DNA of 64,000 bases, from contig CAZYBC010000005.1 in assembly GCA_964645645.1 (NCBI GenBank), positions 702 through 64,701 of the forward strand, in the 5' to 3' direction. Source of the stretch: an uncultured Pseudomonadales bacterium. Its GTDB lineage: Bacteria; Patescibacteriota; Microgenomatia; UBA1400; PJMF01. Made by a program: the position numbers and the translations under genes. Below the pieces are notes generated by a model. The model ran no database searches, was not told the origin of the DNA, and saw only the letters and a list, made by a program, of their open reading frames with translations. This document shows positions 58,990-64,000 of the stretch, piece by piece; positions within the stretch are counted from its first letter, which is position 1; every line of letters starts with the position of its first letter.

Positions 58990-60615
58990 ATGTTAAAAAA
59001 TTTTTTATCTAAATTTTTATTAATGATTTTTTTAATTTTTAGTATTATTTTTTTGCTCAAACCTTATTTAAGCACAACTTTTCCTTATACCCATGATGGC
59101 ATGAATCATTTAGCAAGATTTGCTAATTATAAAATTGCTTTACGTGAAGGACAGTTTCCACCACGTTTAGCCCCAAATTTACTTAATCATTATGCTTACC
59201 CAGTTTTTAATTACAATTATCCATTAGCAAATATTTTATCTTTACCTTTTTCAATTATCGGTTTTAATTATGAATTAACTTTTAAAATTATAGTTGTTTT
59301 TAGCTTAATTTTAGCTTGCTTAGGTATAACTTTTTGGTTAAAAAGCCGAAAAGACAAGCTTACAATCGTTTTTTCTCTGGTGGTTTTTCTTCTAAATCCT
59401 TATTTAATTAACTTAATTTTTTTTAGAGGCAATATTGGTGAAATTTTAGCTTTATCATTATTACCGTGGTTATTTTATAGTTTGGAAAAATTTAAAACTA
59501 AATCAACCGTTAATTCATTTGATCTTTTACTATGGACAGCTTTTTTATTATCACACAACGTAACTGTTTTATTTGGTAGTGGCATATTAATAGTTTATGC
59601 CATTTTAATTTTCAAAAATAATTTACAAGCTTATAAAAAATTAGCTTTTGTTTTTATTGGCTCAATCTTATTAAGTTTGTGGTTTTGGTTACCGGCTCTT
59701 GCTGAAAAAAATCAAATTGTTTTAGATAATGCTAATTTAAATATTGATTTTCTTACTCACTTTCCAACTCTTAAAGAATTATTATTGGCACCTTTAGAAT
59801 TTGGTTTTTCTCGCGTTGGATCAGTTGATGATCTTAGTTTTAGTTTAGGATTAGTGCAAATTCTAATCATTGTTTTGAGTTTTATATTATTATTTATTAA
59901 TCAAAAATTTGCTCAAAAAAATAAATTTTTAATTATTTTAATTTTAGCTTGTTTAGTTTTTCAATTATCCTTGACTCAAAAAATTTGGCAGGTTTTACCA
60001 TTAGTCTCTTTTATTCAATTCCCTTGGCGTTTAACTTTATTCATTAGTATTTTAATTTTGCCTTTAGCAGCACAATTATGGCAATTTAATAAAATAAGAT
60101 TGATTTTATTATTCTTACTTTTAATTCAAATTATTAATTTAAGTCGTTTAAAACCAGCTGACCAATTTCATTATCAAAAAGTAGACTATGAAGCCTTTAG
60201 TCAAACTACTTCTACTCAAAATGAAAATTTAGCCAAAACTTTTAAATATCAAAATTTTGCTGATTGGCAACCAACTGCCAAAATTTTAAATGGGGAAGGG
60301 GAAATCAAAATTAATTATTGGTTTGGTTCCAAAAGAGAATATCAGCTGCATCTTACTACCGATGCAACTATTATTGAACCAAGCATGAATTATTTAGGTT
60401 GGCAAACCTGGGCCAATCAACAAAAAATTTCTTATTTTGATAATGAACAAATTGCAGGCAGAATTGCTTATCAACTTAAAGCTGGTGATTATTTAATTAA
60501 AACTAAATTTACCCAACAAACCCCAGCCCGCTTAATTGGCAACTTTGTGAGCCTTAGTGCTGGCCTTATTTATTTAATTTTATTATTTAAAAATAAATAT
60601 GCTAAAAAAAATTAG
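58990..60615 (+). CDS. GT-C membrane protein (PTPS-related/YfhO-like), paralogue of 32211
   Basis: THDG.NH.AR, GQFPPR, YP.FNY.YPL, RG..GE, SHN, QFPWR. Confidence 0.75.
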   Translation: MLKNFLSKFLLMIFLIFSIIFLLKPYLSTTFPYTHDGMNHLARFANYKIALREGQFPPRLAPNLLNHYAYPVFNYNYPLANILSLPFSIIGFNYELTFKIIVVFSLILACLGITFWLKSRKDKLTIVFSLVVFLLNPYLINLIFFRGNIGEILALSLLPWLFYSLEKFKTKSTVNSFDLLLWTAFLLSHNVTVLFGSGILIVYAILIFKNNLQAYKKLAFVFIGSILLSLWFWLPALAEKNQIVLDNANLNIDFLTHFPTLKELLLAPLEFGFSRVGSVDDLSFSLGLVQILIIVLSFILLFINQKFAQKNKFLIILILACLVFQLSLTQKIWQVLPLVSFIQFPWRLTLFISILILPLAAQLWQFNKIRLILLFLLLIQIINLSRLKPADQFHYQKVDYEAFSQTTSTQNENLAKTFKYQNFADWQPTAKILNGEGEIKINYWFGSKREYQLHLTTDATIIEPSMNYLGWQTWANQQKISYFDNEQIAGRIAYQLKAGDYLIKTKFTQQTPARLIGNFVSLSAGLIYLILLFKNKYAKKN

Positions 60616-61753
60616 TCTTTGGTTTATTCTTTGGCGAATTGCCTTGTTTTTATTAGCAATAATAGCGCCTTATTTATTGATTTATCAGCCAAGTTTTCCT
60701 TATGCTGATAGTTTGTTGCCCAATACAAATCTTCCTCAATGGCTGTATTCTTTTGCCAATTTTGATGGCGTGCACTATTTAACTATTGCTAATAAAGGTT
60801 ATATCGGGACTGGTTTAATTCAAGCTTTCTTTCCGGTTTATCCCTATTTAATTAGAATCTTAAGTTTTAAATACTTTTCTTTATTATTAACAGGCTTAAC
60901 TATTAGTAATTTAAGTGCTTGGCTATTATTAATTTTATGGTTTGCTAGTTTAAAAAAAATCTTCAATACTAAAATAGCCAACTTAGGCATCTTGGTTTTA
61001 ATTTTTTCTCCTACGTCTTTCTTTTTAGGCAGTTTATATAATGAAAGTTTATTTTTAAGTTTAATTTTGGCTTGCTTTTTAGCTAGTAAAAAAAAGCATT
61101 GGCTGTTAGCTGGCTTATTTGCTGGCCTAGCCAGCGCCACTAGAGTAGTGGGAATTTTCAGTTTATTAATTATTGTAATTGAAGCCTGGCAAAGTTTAGG
61201 TAAAAAAATGTTTAAAAACTGGCAAATCTACTTAAGTTTAATCTTAGCTAGCAGCGGTCTAATGGCTTATATGTGGTTTTTAAAAACTGAATTTGATGAC
61301 TATTTATACTTTTTACATGTTCAAAATCAATTTGGAGCAGGGAGACAAAGTCAGTTAATTTTGTTTCCTCAAGTAATTTGGCGATATAGCAAGATTTTAC
61401 TAACAGCTCGCCCAATTAATTGGAAATATTATAGTTATGTCCAAGATTTAATCATTAGTCTTGGCGGATGCTTAATTTTACTTAAACAAATTTACCAAAT
61501 TGTTAAAGAAAAAAAATTAAATTCTCCAACTCTTAGTTTACTTATTTTTTCAACAGCTTGCTTTTTTTTACCCAGTTTAACAGGTACTTTTTCTAGTATG
61601 CCTAGATATCTTTTAGCTTGCCCAAGCATTTTTATATTTATTGCTAACTGGCTTCATCAACATTCCAAGTGGCAGATTTTATATTTTAGTATTAGTATAG
61701 GACTACTTATTATTAACACTATTTTATTTATCCAAGGTTATTGGGTAGCTTAA
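60599..61753 (+). CDS. PIG-V-like (GT76-type) mannosyltransferase
   Basis: NFDGVHYL.IA..GY, AFFP.YP, P.SFF...Y.ESLF, ATR..G, S.PRY. Confidence 0.8.
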   Translation: MLKKISLWFILWRIALFLLAIIAPYLLIYQPSFPYADSLLPNTNLPQWLYSFANFDGVHYLTIANKGYIGTGLIQAFFPVYPYLIRILSFKYFSLLLTGLTISNLSAWLLLILWFASLKKIFNTKIANLGILVLIFSPTSFFLGSLYNESLFLSLILACFLASKKKHWLLAGLFAGLASATRVVGIFSLLIIVIEAWQSLGKKMFKNWQIYLSLILASSGLMAYMWFLKTEFDDYLYFLHVQNQFGAGRQSQLILFPQVIWRYSKILLTARPINWKYYSYVQDLIISLGGCLILLKQIYQIVKEKKLNSPTLSLLIFSTACFFLPSLTGTFSSMPRYLLACPSIFIFIANWLHQHSKWQILYFSISIGLLIINTILFIQGYWVA

Positions 61754-61757
61754 ATTT

Positions 61758-62672
61758 ATGCAAAAACTTAACATTATTGTGACTGGTGGGTCTGGTTTTT
61801 TAGGCAGACATTTATTAAGAGCTTTATCAGCCGCCGGACATCAAGTAAAAAATATTGATCTTAAAGAAAATCCGGAATTTCCGACAACTATTGCTGATGT
61901 AAGAGATCAAGAAAGAATGTTAGCTGAAGTTAAAAATGCTGATGCGGTTTTCCATTTAGCCAGCCTAATTGAAGCTGGTGAATCTGTTAAAGAACCAGCC
62001 AAATTTATTGATTACAACATTAATGGCACTTTAAATATTTTAGAGGCAATGCGCCAAAATAACATTAAAACTTTTTTATTTTCTTCCAGTGCCGCCATCT
62101 ATGGAGAACCTTTAAAAACCCCCATTAAAGAAGATGATCGCTATTTACCCATTAATCCTTATGGCATGACTAAATTAGCCATGGAAGGTCTATTAGCTAG
62201 TTATGTCAAAGCCCACGGTTTTACTGGCGTAGCTTTACGCTATTTTAATCTTTACGGCCCAGAAGAACATCATATCCCTGAAACTCACGCCATCCCTCGT
62301 TTTATTGAACAAATTAAAAATGAACAAGAAGTCACAGTTTGGGGTGACGGCCAACATCAACGTGATTTTGTTTATGTCTTAGATATTGTTGAAGCTCACT
62401 TAAAAGCCTTAAATTATGCTTTAAAACACCCTCAGCAATATCATTATTTCAATCTGTCTGGCGCTAATGCTACAAAAGTGATTGACGTCATTAAAATTTT
62501 AGAAAAATTAATTGCTAAAAAAGCAATTATTAAACACTTTCCAGATCGACCGGGAGACCCCAGAGTGTTAATTGCTGATGATAGTAAAGCTAAAAAAGAA
62601 TTAAATTGGCAAGCCCAAGTTAAAATTGAAGAAGGCTTAAAAAAAACAGTTGAATATTTTGCTAAAAAATAG
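61758..62672 (+). CDS. galE: UDP-glucose 4-epimerase-like SDR
   Basis: GGSGFLG, ESV..P, FSSSAAIYG, PINPYGMTK, LRYFN, RPGDP. Confidence 0.8.
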   Translation: MQKLNIIVTGGSGFLGRHLLRALSAAGHQVKNIDLKENPEFPTTIADVRDQERMLAEVKNADAVFHLASLIEAGESVKEPAKFIDYNINGTLNILEAMRQNNIKTFLFSSSAAIYGEPLKTPIKEDDRYLPINPYGMTKLAMEGLLASYVKAHGFTGVALRYFNLYGPEEHHIPETHAIPRFIEQIKNEQEVTVWGDGQHQRDFVYVLDIVEAHLKALNYALKHPQQYHYFNLSGANATKVIDVIKILEKLIAKKAIIKHFPDRPGDPRVLIADDSKAKKELNWQAQVKIEEGLKKTVEYFAKK

Positions 62673-63999
62673 CCTTTAATAAACCACTTAAATTTTTTAG
62701 TCTTTCTAAAAAAATGCCTGGAGCATATTTAATTTTTTGACTAATAGACCAATTTTTAGCAATTACTAGACACCAGTTTTTTAGATCTAACCAAGCTTTA
62801 TAAATTGGCTTTTTAGATGATGTTTGCTGACCTAAATGGATAACTTCTACACTTTTAATAGCTAAATTTTTATAACCTTTTTTATCAAATCTTAATCCAA
62901 GATCAATATCTTCTAAATAAGAACCAAATTTTTCATCAAATAAGCCCACTTCTTCTAAAGCGAAACGGTTAAATAGTACAACAGCTGCATTAAAACTATT
63001 ACTAATAGTAAATTCAGCTAATTGATGATTGGGTATAGCTTTACCAATTGGTAAAACGATAACTCCCAAAGATTCTATTTCGCCTTTAGAATTCTTTATT
63101 AAAGGAGAAATTGTTCCAAGTTTAATTTGTTGATTTTTCTGATAATTTTTAGCTTCTTTAATTAAATTTTCTAACCAGCCATTTGATAAAATTACGTCAT
63201 CATTTACTGTTCCTAACAAATCTCCAGTAGCCCTTTTTAAACCGATATTAACGGTCTTAACAAAACCTTTGTTTTTTTCAATTTGAATAAAAATTACTTG
63301 AGGATAATCTTGTCTTAAATTATAAATATTAGATGCCGAAGTAACAATAATTAATTCATCTTGAGAATAATCAAAAAATTTATTATTTAGTATCAAAAAA
63401 TTTTTTAAAAGATCTTTTCTTAAATTTGGGACAATGATGCTAGCTCTAATCTTAGAATTTTTAGGATAAAGTTTATTATTAGCAAAACGGCTAGTTAATT
63501 TTTTAACTATTAATTTTTTACAACCAGAAAAATATTTATCTGCATAAATATTAAGAGAATGAAAAAAAACTTGTTTTTTCCAAGACATACTTAAAGGCTT
63601 AAAAGACGATCCTCCTTGATGTTTTATCGTTATTGCTTTAGAAATTCCAAAATTGTGTTCATCATTTAATAATTTTTTAGAAACATCACTATCTTCAAAC
63701 CATAAAAAAAAGCGTTCATCCCAAAGACCTAAAGTTAAAAACTTAGTTTTATTTACTAATAAACAAGCTCCAGGTAAAGTAATTTTTTGAGGATTTTTAT
63801 TTTTTATAATTTTATTAAGCCAAGAAAATTCAGTTATTAAAGAAAAAAAATTGGGAATTTCTTTACGATAATTAAAATCTAACTGACCTTTATCATTTAA
63901 AAAAGTTGGAGCAACAGCCGTTAAATTTTTTTCTTTTAACTCTATCAATAATTGTTTAATCTGTAATTCATTAATATCTAAATCTGAATTTAAAAATAA
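62662..63999 (-). CDS. Double-domain GT2 glycosyltransferase (5' truncated by window edge)
   Basis: Frame open to edge (LFLNSD); WDERFFLWFEDSD in domain 1; N.GF..TVN, NDD, FDEKFGSYLEDID in domain 2. Confidence 0.85.
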   Translation of the reverse strand, partial: LFLNSDLDINELQIKQLLIELKEKNLTAVAPTFLNDKGQLDFNYRKEIPNFFSLITEFSWLNKIIKNKNPQKITLPGACLLVNKTKFLTLGLWDERFFLWFEDSDVSKKLLNDEHNFGISKAITIKHQGGSSFKPLSMSWKKQVFFHSLNIYADKYFSGCKKLIVKKLTSRFANNKLYPKNSKIRASIIVPNLRKDLLKNFLILNNKFFDYSQDELIIVTSASNIYNLRQDYPQVIFIQIEKNKGFVKTVNIGLKRATGDLLGTVNDDVILSNGWLENLIKEAKNYQKNQQIKLGTISPLIKNSKGEIESLGVIVLPIGKAIPNHQLAEFTISNSFNAAVVLFNRFALEEVGLFDEKFGSYLEDIDLGLRFDKKGYKNLAIKSVEVIHLGQQTSSKKPIYKAWLDLKNWCLVIAKNWSISQKIKYAPGIFLERLKNLSGLLKAIF

Positions 64000-64000
64000 A

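Noticed and set aside
32211-61753. Poly-A/T tracts in glycosyltransferase genes as phase-variation switches
   Set aside because: Runs of 7-9 are expected at this composition, all frames are intact, and no poly-G/C tracts were seen.

Overview
AT-rich, gene-dense bacterial window in standard code 11 (Trp=TGG; TGA used as stop in trmD). Gene content suggests a CPR/Patescibacteria (Microgenomates-like) genome; this is inference. Bases ~1-17.5 kb hold housekeeping and envelope genes: partial frr, rseP, DUF3048, wHTH-NTase, secD-HAD-secF, cca, recJ, dsbA-like, prmC, Grx-DsbD-like, cyclophilin, capA-like, a stop-interrupted secreted protein, tRNA-Gln(CTG), and a convergent response regulator plus sensor-less kinase. 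Bases ~17.5-64 kb form one large surface-glycosylation locus: about 16 polytopic GT-C-type glycosyltransferases in several motif-defined families (including MptA/B-like, PIG-V-like and a GT-A/GT-C fusion), 3 polyprenyl-phosphate-sugar synthases, about 7 soluble GT2/GT4 enzymes, Wzx, LCP, gmd/rmd/ugd/rmlB/rmlD/galE, interrupted by trmD and a vapBC pair. Notable non-coding signals: a Pho-box-like direct repeat exactly 10 nt before an extended -10 at three promoters (regulator, kinase, vapBC); many leaderless-type promoters, including two 18-bp bidirectional ones; and a perfect 25-bp inverted repeat with a GCGAAGC loop. All family calls come from motif recognition, not database searches.
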